DNA of 64,000 nt from Terriglobia bacterium (GCA_965198225.1 CBDAOY010000005.1:320001-384000), one strand, 5' to 3'. Positions 39,632 to 50,630 are shown, counted from the stretch's first letter. Numbers and translations are program-made. The notes: generated from the sequence alone by a model not told the origin.

Positions 39632-41002
39632 CTACCCCCTCTCTATCAACCTTATGTCCCCCCGACTGGTTTGAATCGTGATGCGGGGTCCGCCTTCGCC
39701 AAGTTCTCCAACGACCCTCTGGTCGCGTCCCGACGACACGCGGTCGATTCCTTCGAAATCCGAATCGAATGAGCCGGAGCGGGTCTGGGCATCGAGCGAA
39801 AAGTTCGAGGCCGCGGGCATCTCGATCCGGATGTCGGTATAGTCGCCGGTCAAGGAGATGTCGTTCTGCGGTGGCACCTCAAACAGGAGTCGAATGCCGC
39901 CGTGCCGGTTGGCGAGGTCGATCTCTCCGGTCGCGTTTCGTACAATGATGTCCTTGTAGGAACTCTCCACTTCGACCCGACCCGTCACATCCTCCAGGTC
40001 GACCGAGTTGTTACGCCCTTCGATCTGAACCCGGCCTCCGACTCTCTCGACGCTGACCAGGGAGTACTTGTTGTCGATCGTTGCGTCTCCCACGACTCCC
40101 GCCACGTGGACGCTTCCGTACTTGTTCTCGACGACAGCGTCACCGCCGATTTCGGTGACGGTTACGCTACCGTACTTGTTGACGATCCCGACGCTCCCCG
40201 AGATGTTCTCCGTGACGACAGGACCGTAGCCGTCCTCGATCCGGACACTGCCGGTGACGCCTCGTATCGTGGTGCCGCCGTGGCGATTCTCGACCGCCTG
40301 GTCCCCCCTCAGGCCCGTGACGCGAACCAGGCCGTACTTGTTGTTGACCGTGAGTGACGATTCGGCGGGTACTTGGATCGTGAGGCTGGTCTTGAAGCGC
40401 CGTCGGACCGATGAGCGAAGGTCGTCGCGATTCGACTGGACCACGTAGGAGTCACCCCGATCGGTGATCGTAAAGTACATTTCCGGCTCGAGGCGTTCGG
40501 CCTGCTCACGGCTTGTTGCCCGTACGGTCTTTTCGATGTTGACGATGATCCTGTCGCCCTCTCCAGGTTCGACCTCCACCGAACCGTAGATATTGTGGAT
40601 CTCGACGCTCCGTCCGGGCACGGCTTCAGCCTCGAGGTTGGCTGAGAATTCGTAGTTGTCCCCAAGGAGGTCAAACAGATCGAAATCTTCGCCCAGGTTG
40701 ATGTCGATGAACCCCAGGTCGGAAGTGAGGTGAGCGGCGGCAGTCAGAGCGCTGCCGACGAAGAGAACCAACACCAGCAGGGCGACCTCACCCCCGGAAA
40801 ACAGTCGTCGATTCTCGCCCTTCAATCGGTAGTAATCCACGACCTTCAGCATCCCCCAGGCGATGATCAGGACCGGCCAGTACAGGGCCAGTCCCTGCCA
40901 GATCGGGATGTCATAGCCGAGGTTTCGGAGCAACAGCACCACTCCGACGGCGATCAATATGATCGCCCAGAAGATGGTGCCCAGGCCACGACGCGGACTC
41001 AT
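39632..41002 (-). CDS. LiaF-like TM domain plus DUF4097 beta-repeat protein
   Basis: IFWAIILIAVGVVLLLRN..YWPVLII; NKYG repeats; ITIQTSRGDIRL. Confidence 0.85.
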   Translation of the reverse strand: MSPRRGLGTIFWAIILIAVGVVLLLRNLGYDIPIWQGLALYWPVLIIAWGMLKVVDYYRLKGENRRLFSGGEVALLVLVLFVGSALTAAAHLTSDLGFIDINLGEDFDLFDLLGDNYEFSANLEAEAVPGRSVEIHNIYGSVEVEPGEGDRIIVNIEKTVRATSREQAERLEPEMYFTITDRGDSYVVQSNRDDLRSSVRRRFKTSLTIQVPAESSLTVNNKYGLVRVTGLRGDQAVENRHGGTTIRGVTGSVRIEDGYGPVVTENISGSVGIVNKYGSVTVTEIGGDAVVENKYGSVHVAGVVGDATIDNKYSLVSVERVGGRVQIEGRNNSVDLEDVTGRVEVESSYKDIIVRNATGEIDLANRHGGIRLLFEVPPQNDISLTGDYTDIRIEMPAASNFSLDAQTRSGSFDSDFEGIDRVSSGRDQRVVGELGEGGPRITIQTSRGDIRLIERG

Positions 41003-41003
41003 C

Positions 41004-41396
41004 TCAATCCTCCTTTCCCGGGACCGATGACGAGCTTCCTTCAGCGTCCTTCGATTCCGGGTCCGCCTTCTCGACAGGCTTTGAAGCTTCGCTTCCCCTA
41101 CCGCCGTAGCCTGCCGACTGACGAGGTGCGTTGGTCTGAACGGGCTGGCCAGGTCCCGAAGACGGTACTGCCGATGCCGGTTTCGGAGCCGACGGCGGGG
41201 AGGACGGCGGCAGCGGTGATTTGGCAGCCGTTGGGCCTTGTACCGGGGACGGGCGCTGGAGGTAGTCGACGATCTTGACGACGCCGATGACGATCAGAAT
41301 AACCGGCCACATCCGCCCGAACTCCAACCGTGTCGGGTAGAGGTTGTTCATCAGGAGCAGAACACCCAGGGTGATCAACACGAATGCGCCGGTCAT
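41004..41396 (-). CDS. LiaI/LiaF-like (DUF5668) membrane protein
   Basis: LITLGVLLLMNN..WPVILIVIG plus Pro/Ser-rich tail. Confidence 0.8.
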   Translation of the reverse strand: MTGAFVLITLGVLLLMNNLYPTRLEFGRMWPVILIVIGVVKIVDYLQRPSPVQGPTAAKSPLPPSSPPSAPKPASAVPSSGPGQPVQTNAPRQSAGYGGRGSEASKPVEKADPESKDAEGSSSSVPGKED

Positions 41397-42064
41397 CTGT
41401 CTGCCTGCCCTTCATCCGGAGTCTTTGTTTCGCCCTTCTCCTGCTTGCTCCAAATCAGCCACACACCGATTGCGATCAACGCCACGGGCCAGAATTCGAA
41501 GACCTGACGCAGTTGAAAGAACCGGAAGTTGTCCATCAGGAACAACGCGCCTAGAACGACGAGGGCTACGCCACCCCAAAGCTCCTTATTCTCGACGCCG
41601 GAGACCTGTTCGTGAAGGCGATCGATCGGCGTTTCCAACTGTATGCCTTGAGTTTCCAGGCGTCTCTTCTTGGCCGTATAGTACGCTTCGAACGGCATGT
41701 AGATGTAGAACCCGGTGATCAACAGGCCGAACAGGGGCTCAAGCGAACGGGCCGAATCTACGATGCTGATCAAAACTCCGAAAATGATGATGTGAACGGC
41801 GGCTTTGAAGAATTCCCCGTTGTAGATGGCTCCAACTCCCGGGATCAGGCCGAGAGCAAATGCGGCTCCCGGGCTCTCCCCGCCGACACTGGACGGCGGT
41901 GCCGGCGGGCGGGCGGCCGGTCCCCCTCTCATCCTCTCCCCAAGACAGGTCTCGCAGTAGACACTCCCCTGCACATCTCGTTTGCACGAGGGACAGAGGG
42001 CTCGGCCGCATGTAACACAGAAAGCCACACTCTCAGCGTCAGCGTGGTAAGCGCAATTCATCAA
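41393..42064 (-). CDS. B-box zinc finger plus LiaF-like membrane protein
   Basis: CAYH..FCVTCGRALCPSC..YCETC; IPGVGAIYNG; FWPVALI. Confidence 0.85.
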   Translation of the reverse strand: MMNCAYHADAESVAFCVTCGRALCPSCKRDVQGSVYCETCLGERMRGGPAARPPAPPSSVGGESPGAAFALGLIPGVGAIYNGEFFKAAVHIIIFGVLISIVDSARSLEPLFGLLITGFYIYMPFEAYYTAKKRRLETQGIQLETPIDRLHEQVSGVENKELWGGVALVVLGALFLMDNFRFFQLRQVFEFWPVALIAIGVWLIWSKQEKGETKTPDEGQADR

Positions 42065-42561
42065 GAACTCTCCCTCAACCGCTCGATCTGGGACTGAATC
42101 TGCGTGACCAGCGGAGCGCGGTAATAAAGCCGAACAGCCCCGTCGTATGCATCGTTGACGAGATCACCAGCACTCCGATAGATCGCTGCCGGGCTCCGCA
42201 AGTCGGCCAGGCTGGGAGCTATTCCGACGGTGTTGGAAATCCAACCCAGCACCATCATTGAGGTGAAAACGGCCATCGCGGTTCTGGTATCCAGGACCCA
42301 ACGTCCGAGTGCCCCCAGCGTGTCCCTCCAGGTTTCGCGTTCCTTCCGCGGGGTGTTTGCCAGAATTCTGGTCACGAGCCACTCGGGAGCTTCGAAAACG
42401 GGGAAACTCCGGCCCCAATCGAGGACCTCCTCCATGCTCTCGTGGAGTCGCCGACACCTATCACACGAAGCGAGATGAGCTTCGAAGGAATGGTGCTCGC
42501 CGGGCGGGAGCAGTCGGTCCAGATAGTCGGAAAGCCTGGCTTCGAGAGTCGCGCAATTCAT
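42061..42561 (-). CDS. zf-HC2 anti-sigma factor
   Basis: LSDYLD..AHLASCDRC; TM segment. Confidence 0.88.
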   Translation of the reverse strand: MNCATLEARLSDYLDRLLPPGEHHSFEAHLASCDRCRRLHESMEEVLDWGRSFPVFEAPEWLVTRILANTPRKERETWRDTLGALGRWVLDTRTAMAVFTSMMVLGWISNTVGIAPSLADLRSPAAIYRSAGDLVNDAYDGAVRLYYRAPLVTQIQSQIERLRESS

Positions 42562-43130
42562 AACTGATCCCTCAATCGCCCCAGGACCAGAGCGAGTTCG
42601 CCGCGGCCTCGATTGATTCGTGACTTGACCGTCCCGATCGGGACATCCAATAAGCCGGACATTTCATCATAAGTAAAACCCTCCAGATCCCTCAGGATCA
42701 CGGCTTCTCTCAAGTCCTGGCTCAGCCGGAGCAATCCCTGGTGGACCAGGTCGGAAAGCTCCCGCTTCCGAAGAGCCTCCCCAGGGCTGTCATAGCGGGC
42801 CGGGTTTTCCTCGACCCGCTCGAACTCGGCATCGATCGCGTCGGTCCTGGAACGCTCGGTCTTGAACTTCCGGTAGTGGTCGATGATATGGTTTCGACCA
42901 ACTCGTATCAACCATGTAACCAGGGCTCCGGATTCCGGCCGGTAGGAGGCCAAAGTGCGGTAGACCTTGAGGAAGATCTCCTGAGCCAGGTCTTCTGCCT
43001 CATCGAACCGTCCCGTGTAGCGGTACGCCAGGTTGTAGATCCGCTGGTGATGCTGCCGTACTATGGACTCCCAGGCGCCATGCTCACCCTCCAGGCATTG
43101 CCTCACCAGTTCGGCTTCCGGTCGGTCCAA
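42558..43130 (-). CDS. ECF sigma-70 factor (SigW/RpoE-like)
   Basis: AEDLAQEIFLKVY, VPIGTVKSRINRGR. Confidence 0.95.
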   Translation of the reverse strand: MDRPEAELVRQCLEGEHGAWESIVRQHHQRIYNLAYRYTGRFDEAEDLAQEIFLKVYRTLASYRPESGALVTWLIRVGRNHIIDHYRKFKTERSRTDAIDAEFERVEENPARYDSPGEALRKRELSDLVHQGLLRLSQDLREAVILRDLEGFTYDEMSGLLDVPIGTVKSRINRGRGELALVLGRLRDQL

Positions 43131-43170
43131 CTAGGGGCTCCATCCGCTTCGCCGGCACTCACAATGGGTT

Positions 43171-43197
43171 AACGTAGTCACCCGAAGAAATGTTTCA
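43171..43197 (-). promoter_or_regulatory. putative ECF autoregulatory promoter
   Basis: TGAAAC-N17-CGTT on the minus strand, close to the SigW-type TGAAAC-N16-CGTA consensus. Confidence 0.6.
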
Positions 43198-43233
43198 GGA
43201 ACGTTAAACCTTTTTGAGATAATTCCTACCGAC

Positions 43234-44196
43234 ATGGGCCGGAAACTATTGGTTTTTTTGACCTTGGCGGCTTTTGCGGTGGCTCTGTACTTGCTGTTCC
43301 GCCGGGACTTCGATTCGCAGCTTTTTCTCGAGAGTGTCACGAACGTTCGACCCATATGGCTGGCCGCTTCGACCGTGCTGACTTTCGTCGGTTACGTCGT
43401 CCGTGCTCTTCGCTGGCAGATCTTGCTCATTTCAATGAAGTTAATCAAAATGACGTCCCTCCTCAGCGCTACAATTCTCGGTTTCAGCGTGATCTACCTG
43501 CTGGGCAGGGCCGGAGAATTCGCCCGACCGGTTTGGATTGCGCGCCGCGAAGGCGTCGCCATGGCCGGGTCTTTCGCGACTATCGCCGTCGAGCGCGTCT
43601 TCGACACCCTGATGCTGATCGTGTTCTTTGCCGCAACCGTCGGCGTCGTTCGGGTGGAAACTGGAGCGATCGCCCTGCTGACGACGTCCGTCTGGCTGCT
43701 TCTGGCTCTGTCCTCAGTCGCGCTTCTCGTGTTCATCCTGTTCCGCGCGCACGTCTCGTCAATCGCGAAGCGCCTCCCGTTCGAGCGGCTGGCGGCCACG
43801 CTCGAACGGTTTGCGGACGGCCTGGCCATCACGGGCAGCTGGCGAAACCTGGGACTTGCAACAGTATACTCGCTGCTGCTGTGGCTGGGGATTGCGCTAC
43901 AATTCTGGCTGATGCTGTTCGGGCTGAACCTGGAGTTCACCTTCCGGGCGGCGACGCTGGTACTGGTCGCCTCCGCAATCGGATCGATCGCACAGGTACC
44001 GGGGATCGGTGGAGGCTTCCAGGTCGGATTCATTTTCTGCCTGACAACATTTTTCCTGGTGCCACTGGAAACCGCGGTTGGGGCCTCATTGGTGGCCTGG
44101 TTCTTTACCTACGTTCCGACTATTGTCGTCGCAGCAATCTACATGACGTGGAAAGGCGTATCGGCGCGGGACCTGATCACACCAGAGCCGGCCTGA
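43234..44196 (+). CDS. lysylphosphatidylglycerol synthase TM-domain (flippase-like) protein
   Basis: RALRWQ, GRAGEFARP, ERVFD, PGIGGGF. Confidence 0.85.
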   Translation: MGRKLLVFLTLAAFAVALYLLFRRDFDSQLFLESVTNVRPIWLAASTVLTFVGYVVRALRWQILLISMKLIKMTSLLSATILGFSVIYLLGRAGEFARPVWIARREGVAMAGSFATIAVERVFDTLMLIVFFAATVGVVRVETGAIALLTTSVWLLLALSSVALLVFILFRAHVSSIAKRLPFERLAATLERFADGLAITGSWRNLGLATVYSLLLWLGIALQFWLMLFGLNLEFTFRAATLVLVASAIGSIAQVPGIGGGFQVGFIFCLTTFFLVPLETAVGASLVAWFFTYVPTIVVAAIYMTWKGVSARDLITPEPA

Positions 44197-44210
44197 CAGT
44201 TCCATAAGCT

Positions 44211-44669
44211 ATGAAATGCCCTTTTTGCGGCCACTTGAGAGACAAAGTGGTCGATTCACGCGAAAGTAAGGAAGGCGATGCGATCCGGCGGCGCCGGCAG
44301 TGTCTGGAATGCAGCCGTCGCTTCACCAGCTACGAAAGAATCGACGAGATCCCCTACATGGTCATCAAGAAGGACGGGCGCCGCGAACGCTTCGAACGCC
44401 AGAAGGTGTTATCGGGCATACTGAAAGCGTGTGAGCGCCGGCCGGTCTCGATGGTTCAGCTCGAGGCTATCGCGGACAAAGTCGAGCTCCTTGCCCAGGA
44501 ATCACCCGTCCGCGAGGTTTCTACCGGGACGGTCGGAGAGACGATCATGACGGACCTGAAGGATCTCGACAAGGTGGCCTACGTCCGGTTCGCGTCCGTA
44601 TACCTCGACTTCAAGGACGTTCAGGAATTCATGGCGGAGTTGAAAGACCTCCTCAAGAGCCGGGACTAG
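44211..44669 (+). CDS. nrdR: transcriptional repressor NrdR
   Basis: MKCPFC..KVVDSR..IRRRRQC; [12 protein letters not shown]. Confidence 0.97.
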   Translation: MKCPFCGHLRDKVVDSRESKEGDAIRRRRQCLECSRRFTSYERIDEIPYMVIKKDGRRERFERQKVLSGILKACERRPVSMVQLEAIADKVELLAQESPVREVSTGTVGETIMTDLKDLDKVAYVRFASVYLDFKDVQEFMAELKDLLKSRD

Positions 44670-44677
44670 GCACAGGC

Positions 44678-45049
44678 ATGGTCTACTTCCAGTTCGAGCC
44701 CGAAGAGCGTTTTCAATCCACCTGGTCTCCGATCGTCGACGTCTTCGAGCGGCCGGCCGCAATCATAGTTCGGGTGGAGCTGCCCGGAGTGGAAAAGAAC
44801 GACATCAAGCTGAGCTGGCGTGACGGAGTTCTTACGATCGCCGGCACCAAGCGGCGCCCGACCGCCGAACAGGGGAGTTGCCGATACCTGTGCATGGAGC
44901 GGAACTACGGCCACTTCCGGCGAGACATCGCGATCGGCAGCGAAGTTGATTATTCGAAATCCTCGGCGGAATTACGGGACGGGCTCTTGAATATTCAGCT
45001 CCCCAAACTGATGGAGCGGGACGGGGAGACGGTTATTCCGATCGAGTGA
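44678..45049 (+). CDS. Hsp20 small heat-shock protein
   Basis: VELPGV, ERNYGHFRR, DGLLNIQLPK. Confidence 0.92.
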   Translation: MVYFQFEPEERFQSTWSPIVDVFERPAAIIVRVELPGVEKNDIKLSWRDGVLTIAGTKRRPTAEQGSCRYLCMERNYGHFRRDIAIGSEVDYSKSSAELRDGLLNIQLPKLMERDGETVIPIE

Positions 45050-45053
45050 ACGG

Positions 45054-45120
45054 TGTAGGTGCGGTCTATGACCGCACGTTGTGCTGTTTGTAAGATGTGC
45101 GCTCATAGAGCGCCCCTACA
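45054..45120. repeat. GTAG-type REP doublet (family D)
   Basis: GTAGGTGCGGTCTATGACCGCAC ... GTGCGCTCATAGAGCGCCCCTAC. Confidence 0.9.
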
Positions 45121-45140
45121 GTTGCCACTTCTTGAAGACA

Positions 45141-47657
45141 ATGGAAATTATCAGCAACGAACCAGAAGAGACGCAGGAAGACCAACAGGTTTCCATACCC
45201 GAGACGCTGCCGGTTTTACCGCTGCCGGACGTTGTTGTCTTCCCATACATGATCGTCCCGCTCTTCGTGAACCGGGAGCAGTCCATCCAGGCTGTCGATC
45301 AATCGCTCGCCGAGAACCGGATGGTGCTGGTGGTGTCTCAAAAGACACCGGACGTCGAGGAGCCCACCGCGGACGACCTCTACCCATTCGGAACCGTATC
45401 GCTGATCATGCGCATGCTGAAGCTTCCCGACGGTCGAGTGCGGATCCTCGTCCAGGGCTTCGCGCGGGCGAGTGTCGAGTACCTGTCCGGCCCGGAACCC
45501 TTCCTCCAGGCCAAAGTGTTCCCGGAGGCCGAATTCACGCCTAGACAGGAGTCCCTGGAACTGGAAGCGTTGATACGGAGCGTCAAGTCGGCGCTGGAGC
45601 GGGCGATTTCTCTGGGCAAGAACATCTCCCAGGACATCGTCATCATCGCTGCAAACCTCGAAGACCCCGGTCGATTGGCCGACCTGATCGCCTCGAACAT
45701 GGAGCTGCGCATCGAAGAGGCCCAGAATGTCCTGGAAATCACCGATCCGGTTGATCGACTCCGGCAGATCAACACAATGCTGGCAAAGGAGCTGGAAGTC
45801 CTCCAGATTCAGCACGACATCACGACACAGGCAAAGGGCGAGATCGACCGGACTCAGCGGGAGTACTACCTCCGCCAACAGATGAAGGCGATACAGCAGG
45901 AACTGGGTGAAGGCAACGAACTGCTCGAGGAGATCGAACAGTACCGGGAAAAAGTTCGCGAGGCGAAGATGCCCGAAGAGGCAGCCGAAGAAACCGAGCG
46001 CCAGATCGGAAGGTTGGAGCGGATGCACCCCGATTCGGCCGAGACTGCCACCTTGCGCAATTACCTGGACTGGATGGTCGGCCTACCCTGGTCCACCTCA
46101 ACCCCAGACAACCTCGACCTGAAGAAGGCACAGAAGATACTCGACGAGGACCACTATGGCCTCGAGAAGATCAAAGAGAGGATCGTCGAGCACCTCGCCG
46201 TACGCAAACTGAAAAAGAAAACCAAGGGGCCCATCCTCTGCTTTGTGGGCCCCCCCGGGGTCGGCAAGACGTCGCTGGGCCGGTCGATCGCCCGGGCGCT
46301 GGGCCGCAAGTTCGTCCGGCTCAGTCTCGGCGGCGTCCACGACGAAGCTGAGATTCGGGGACACCGGCGCACTTACGTGGGAGCGATGCCGGGTCGGGTC
46401 GTCCAGAGCATCCATCAAGCGGGCACGAAAAACCCGGTGTTCATCATGGACGAAGTCGACAAGATCGGGGCTGATTTCCGGGGAGATCCGTCCTCCGCCC
46501 TGCTCGAAGTACTGGACCCGGAACAGAATTCTTCTTTCCGCGACAACTACCTCGGCGTCCCATTCGATCTGTCGGACGTGATGTTCATCACGACCGCAAA
46601 CACGCTCGACCCGATCCAGCCGGCATTCCGGGACCGAATGGAAACCATACGTTTGAGTGGTTACACAGAAGAAGAAAAGATCGAAATCGCCGAACGGCAT
46701 CTGATCCCGAAACAACTGGACGAGCACGGGCTGACGAAAAAACATCTCGAGTTCAGTGAGTCGGCCCTGCGGGCCGTGATCAGCGGGTATACGCAGGAAG
46801 CCGGTCTGAGAAACCTGGAACGAGAGATCGCGAGCGTCTGCAGAAAGGTTGCGCGCCAGGTCGCGATGGGCCAAACACGCTCACGCAGGCTGAATCCGAA
46901 GCAGGTCGACAAGTATCTTGGACGCCCGAAGGTTTTCCAGGACGAGCTCTTGAAGAACGACGAGATAGGCGTCGCGACCGGCCTGGCGTGGACCGCAACG
47001 GGCGGGGACATTCTCTTTGTGGAAGCCACGGCCATGAAGGGCAAGGGTGGGCTGGCTCTGACGGGACAACTCGGCGACGTAATGAAAGAGTCCGCCCACG
47101 CGGCGATGAGCTACGCGCGCTCCCATGCGACAGACTTCGGAATCGACGAGGACTTCTTCGCCGGCAACGACATCCACGTCCATGTACCCGAGGGGGCAAT
47201 TCCGAAGGACGGACCGTCGGCCGGTGTGACGATGGCAACGGCGATGATCTCGATGCTCGTCGGGAAGCCGGTTCACCGGAACATCGCGATGACCGGAGAG
47301 ATCACTTTGCGCGGAGAGGTTCTTCCGGTCGGAGGCATCAAGGAGAAAGTTCTCGCCGCAAGGCGAGCCAAGATCCGTTCGGTCATCCTCCCCGCACTGA
47401 ACGAGCGTGACCTTGAAGACGTCAACGAAGAACTGCGGCGGGAAATGCGGTTCGTCTTTGTCGGCCGTATCCACGAAGTGTTCGCCGAGGCCATCATCAC
47501 CGAGCCTAAGCCCCTCCCCAAGCGGAGCACTACGCGCAGGAAAACCGCAAAGAAACAGCCGACAAAGAAGACGACGAAGAAGAAAGCCGCAAAGCGGTCG
47601 ACGACGGCGTCAAAGAAATCTGCCACGAAGCGGGCAACGAAAAAGAGACGCCGCTAG
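45141..47657 (+). CDS. lon: Lon protease with Lys-rich C-terminal tail
   Basis: [37 protein letters not shown]. Confidence 0.97.
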   Translation: MEIISNEPEETQEDQQVSIPETLPVLPLPDVVVFPYMIVPLFVNREQSIQAVDQSLAENRMVLVVSQKTPDVEEPTADDLYPFGTVSLIMRMLKLPDGRVRILVQGFARASVEYLSGPEPFLQAKVFPEAEFTPRQESLELEALIRSVKSALERAISLGKNISQDIVIIAANLEDPGRLADLIASNMELRIEEAQNVLEITDPVDRLRQINTMLAKELEVLQIQHDITTQAKGEIDRTQREYYLRQQMKAIQQELGEGNELLEEIEQYREKVREAKMPEEAAEETERQIGRLERMHPDSAETATLRNYLDWMVGLPWSTSTPDNLDLKKAQKILDEDHYGLEKIKERIVEHLAVRKLKKKTKGPILCFVGPPGVGKTSLGRSIARALGRKFVRLSLGGVHDEAEIRGHRRTYVGAMPGRVVQSIHQAGTKNPVFIMDEVDKIGADFRGDPSSALLEVLDPEQNSSFRDNYLGVPFDLSDVMFITTANTLDPIQPAFRDRMETIRLSGYTEEEKIEIAERHLIPKQLDEHGLTKKHLEFSESALRAVISGYTQEAGLRNLEREIASVCRKVARQVAMGQTRSRRLNPKQVDKYLGRPKVFQDELLKNDEIGVATGLAWTATGGDILFVEATAMKGKGGLALTGQLGDVMKESAHAAMSYARSHATDFGIDEDFFAGNDIHVHVPEGAIPKDGPSAGVTMATAMISMLVGKPVHRNIAMTGEITLRGEVLPVGGIKEKVLAARRAKIRSVILPALNERDLEDVNEELRREMRFVFVGRIHEVFAEAIITEPKPLPKRSTTRRKTAKKQPTKKTTKKKAAKRSTTASKKSATKRATKKRRR

Positions 47658-47677
47658 TGGCCTGTAACAGGTCACTA
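47655..47677. mobile_element. collapsed footprint of the 63.7-kb element (fused termini only)
   Basis: TA-GTGGCCTGTAACAGGTCAC-TA matches both ends of 63688-63956. Confidence 0.65.
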
Positions 47678-47744
47678 GGATGACGGCTCAGGGGACTGCG
47701 TGACGTGGTCCTCGGCACTCTTTACTGACTACTGGGTCCCCCCC

Positions 47745-48683
47745 ATGTACCCCGAAGACGAGTTGATCGACATGATCCGGAAAAGGTTCGCCGACACGTC
47801 GGCGCGAGTCGGGATCGGCGACGCGTCAGTGCGTGTCGGGATCGGCGATGATGCGGCCGTCATCGATCTCTCGTCGGGCTTCTCTACCCTGGTCTGCTCG
47901 GACCTGCTTGCCGAGAACACCCATTTCCGACGCGAAACCCATCCTCCGGACTCCGTGGGATTCAAGGCCGTGGCGGTCAATGTCAGCGACATCGGGGCGA
48001 TGGGAGGAATCCCGGATTTTTGTCTGTTGTCTGTGGCCCTGCCCCGGGATCTGGAACGATCATGGATCGACGCTTTCCTGGATGGTGTAGCAGCGGCGTG
48101 CCGTGAATTCGAGATAAGCCTTGTCGGGGGCGATTCTTCGGCTGCAGATCGAGTGTTCGTCGACGTGTCGGTCATCGGACAGGTTCGGCGAGGCAGCGCG
48201 GTACTTCGATCGGGCGCCCGTTCGGGGAACAACGTTTACATCACGGGCAGTCTTGGAGGGTCCGCAATGGGCCTCGAGTTGCTCGAGGAAGGTCGGAGGG
48301 ACCATCCAGCGGTCCGCCGTAGTCTTTACCCGGAACCCCGACACCGGATCGGCTCAAGAGTCGCGGACCGGGCGACCGCGATGATCGACATCAGCGACGG
48401 GCTTTCCGCCGACCTCACACACATTCTGGAAGCTTCATCTGTCTCCGCGCGGATCACCAGCGAGTCGATTCCACTCCACCCCGGTGCGGATGTTTCACGA
48501 GCCCTGCACAGCGGTGAGGAATACGAACTGATCGTGACGGCTGAAGATCTGCCGAGGGAGATCGACGGCGTACCGATAACATGCATCGGTCAAATCGTGC
48601 CTTCGGGCGAGAAGCCGCAGATTCTGCTGATCGAAGGGCTGAGGGAACAGGTGCTGGATCCGAAGGGGTGGAAACACTTCTGA
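47745..48683 (+). CDS. thiL: thiamine-monophosphate kinase
   Basis: GIGDDAAV, NVSDIGAMGG, VGGD, IDISDGL, GEEYEL. Confidence 0.93.
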   Translation: MYPEDELIDMIRKRFADTSARVGIGDASVRVGIGDDAAVIDLSSGFSTLVCSDLLAENTHFRRETHPPDSVGFKAVAVNVSDIGAMGGIPDFCLLSVALPRDLERSWIDAFLDGVAAACREFEISLVGGDSSAADRVFVDVSVIGQVRRGSAVLRSGARSGNNVYITGSLGGSAMGLELLEEGRRDHPAVRRSLYPEPRHRIGSRVADRATAMIDISDGLSADLTHILEASSVSARITSESIPLHPGADVSRALHSGEEYELIVTAEDLPREIDGVPITCIGQIVPSGEKPQILLIEGLREQVLDPKGWKHF

Positions 48684-48735
48684 TGTGCCAGTTCTGGCTC
48701 CTTCGGACTCTTGGACTCTATGCTATCCTCAGACC

Positions 48736-49278
48736 ATGTCGAACCCGGACCTCCTGAACCAGGCGGACAAGATCCTCCGACCGGTATTACGCAAACTGAC
48801 AAACGTACCCTGGATGAAGGTGACGGCCTGCTGTGCGGGGCACGAACCGGAAGACAGCGTGTGGATCGAGGTGCATGTACGGGGATCTTCCGGTTTGAGT
48901 AGATTGATGGAGCTGCTCAGGGTGCTGGAGGGAAAGCTGGCCGGTACTGACTGCCGGGCGGACTGCCTCGTAAACTACGGAACAGATGCGGAGGCGGTTC
49001 GCATTCAGCACGGATGGTTCCCGATCGTCGTCGAGGTCTTCTGGGGGTCGAAGGACGACTGGAGGCGCGGGCAGGCGCTGATTGTCGAAGCGCTGCTGTC
49101 TTCGGTCGAAGAATTCGGGGACCGTATCGACGACGCGACACAGCCTGAAGGCGCGATCGTCTATTGCCCGTACTGCTCCTCCTCGTTCATCAAGCTGGAG
49201 GGGTTCGAACCCTCAGGGCATCGGTACCTCTGCGGCGATTGTGAAACTCCGTGGACGATGATCGATCCTTCCATGTAG
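48736..49278 (+). CDS. hypothetical protein with TACCAGH motif and C-terminal zinc ribbon
   Basis: Host-like codon usage; CPYC...CGDC. Confidence 0.7.
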   Translation: MSNPDLLNQADKILRPVLRKLTNVPWMKVTACCAGHEPEDSVWIEVHVRGSSGLSRLMELLRVLEGKLAGTDCRADCLVNYGTDAEAVRIQHGWFPIVVEVFWGSKDDWRRGQALIVEALLSSVEEFGDRIDDATQPEGAIVYCPYCSSSFIKLEGFEPSGHRYLCGDCETPWTMIDPSM

Positions 49279-49457
49279 TTCGACACCACGCCCCCAACCT
49301 CCATTCCGGTATATATCCGAAGCGTCCTTGCGCGGGGCGCCTGCGTCGTGGAGCGTTCCACCCACGCCCCCTGACGGATAGACGCCGACGGTCGTGCGCG
49401 TTCCAACTCGAAACCGGTTCATGGTATAAAGCTCGGTTACGTTTTCACGGAGGAAGC

Positions 49458-50600
49458 ATGGAGTTCAGCCAGTCGGACGAGCTGCAAGAGATTCGGCGCA
49501 CTGTCCGGGAGTTCGCCGAAAATGAAATTCGTCCACAGATGATGGAGTGGGATGAGAAACAGATCTTCCCCCGGGAAGTCATCGACAAGCTCGGAGAACT
49601 CGGGTTTATGGGGGTCCTCATCCCGGCCGAATACGGCGGGGCCGGGCTCGGATACCAGGAATACATCACACTCGTTGAGGAACTGTCGCGGGTTGACGGT
49701 TCCGTCGGGATCTGCATTGCTGCCCACAACTCGCTGTGTACCGGACACATCTTCCTCGCGGGAACGGAAGAACAACGTCGCAAATTCGTCACACCGCTCG
49801 CGAAGGGTGAGAAGCTGGGGGCCTGGAGCTTGACCGAGCCTGAAGCCGGCAGCGACGCCGCTGGCACACAGACCGTCGCGACGAAGGATGGTGATTCCTG
49901 GGTCCTCAAGGGTCAGAAAACATTCACGACCAACGGTACCTACGGCGACGTCTGTATCGCCATGGCAGTGACAGATCCGACGAAGGGGCACGACGGGATT
50001 TCCGCCTTCATCATCGAGAAGGGGACGCCCGGCTTTCATCCCGGCCATAAGGAAAACAAGCTCGGTCTCCGAGCCAGCGATACCTCGACCGTCATCTTCG
50101 AAGACTGCCGGATACCGGCCGAGAACCTCCTGGGTGAGGAAGGGGGCGGTTTCCGTGATTCCATGAGAGTGCTCGACGGCGGGCGGATCTCGATAGCGGC
50201 GTTGGCTGTCGGCATGGCTCAGGGGGCCTATGAAGCAGCGCTCAGCTACTCCAAAGAACGCAAGCAGTTCGGCAAGTCCATTTCTGAATTCCAGGCCATC
50301 CAGTTCAAACTTGCGGACATGGCGACGGAAATCGACGCCGCACGTCTCCTGATGTTCCGGGCAGCATGGATGAAAGACAAAGGCATGATGACGACCTTGG
50401 AGTCGTCGATGGCCAAGCTCTACGCGGGCGAAGTGGGGGTCCGCGTCGCCAACGAGAGTGTCCAGATCCACGGCGGCTACGGCTTCATCAAGGACTATCC
50501 TGCTGAGAAGTTCTACAGGGACGTCAAGCTCTGCACGATCGGTGAAGGCACGAGCGAAATCCAACGCATGGTGATCGCCAGACAGATCCTGCGGGATTAG
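49458..50600 (+). CDS. acyl-CoA dehydrogenase
   Basis: [40 protein letters not shown]; GGAGG RBS. Confidence 0.95.
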   Translation: MEFSQSDELQEIRRTVREFAENEIRPQMMEWDEKQIFPREVIDKLGELGFMGVLIPAEYGGAGLGYQEYITLVEELSRVDGSVGICIAAHNSLCTGHIFLAGTEEQRRKFVTPLAKGEKLGAWSLTEPEAGSDAAGTQTVATKDGDSWVLKGQKTFTTNGTYGDVCIAMAVTDPTKGHDGISAFIIEKGTPGFHPGHKENKLGLRASDTSTVIFEDCRIPAENLLGEEGGGFRDSMRVLDGGRISIAALAVGMAQGAYEAALSYSKERKQFGKSISEFQAIQFKLADMATEIDAARLLMFRAAWMKDKGMMTTLESSMAKLYAGEVGVRVANESVQIHGGYGFIKDYPAEKFYRDVKLCTIGEGTSEIQRMVIARQILRD

Positions 50601-50630
50601 CGCCTCGCTCCCACCAACTTCAGCGACCCT

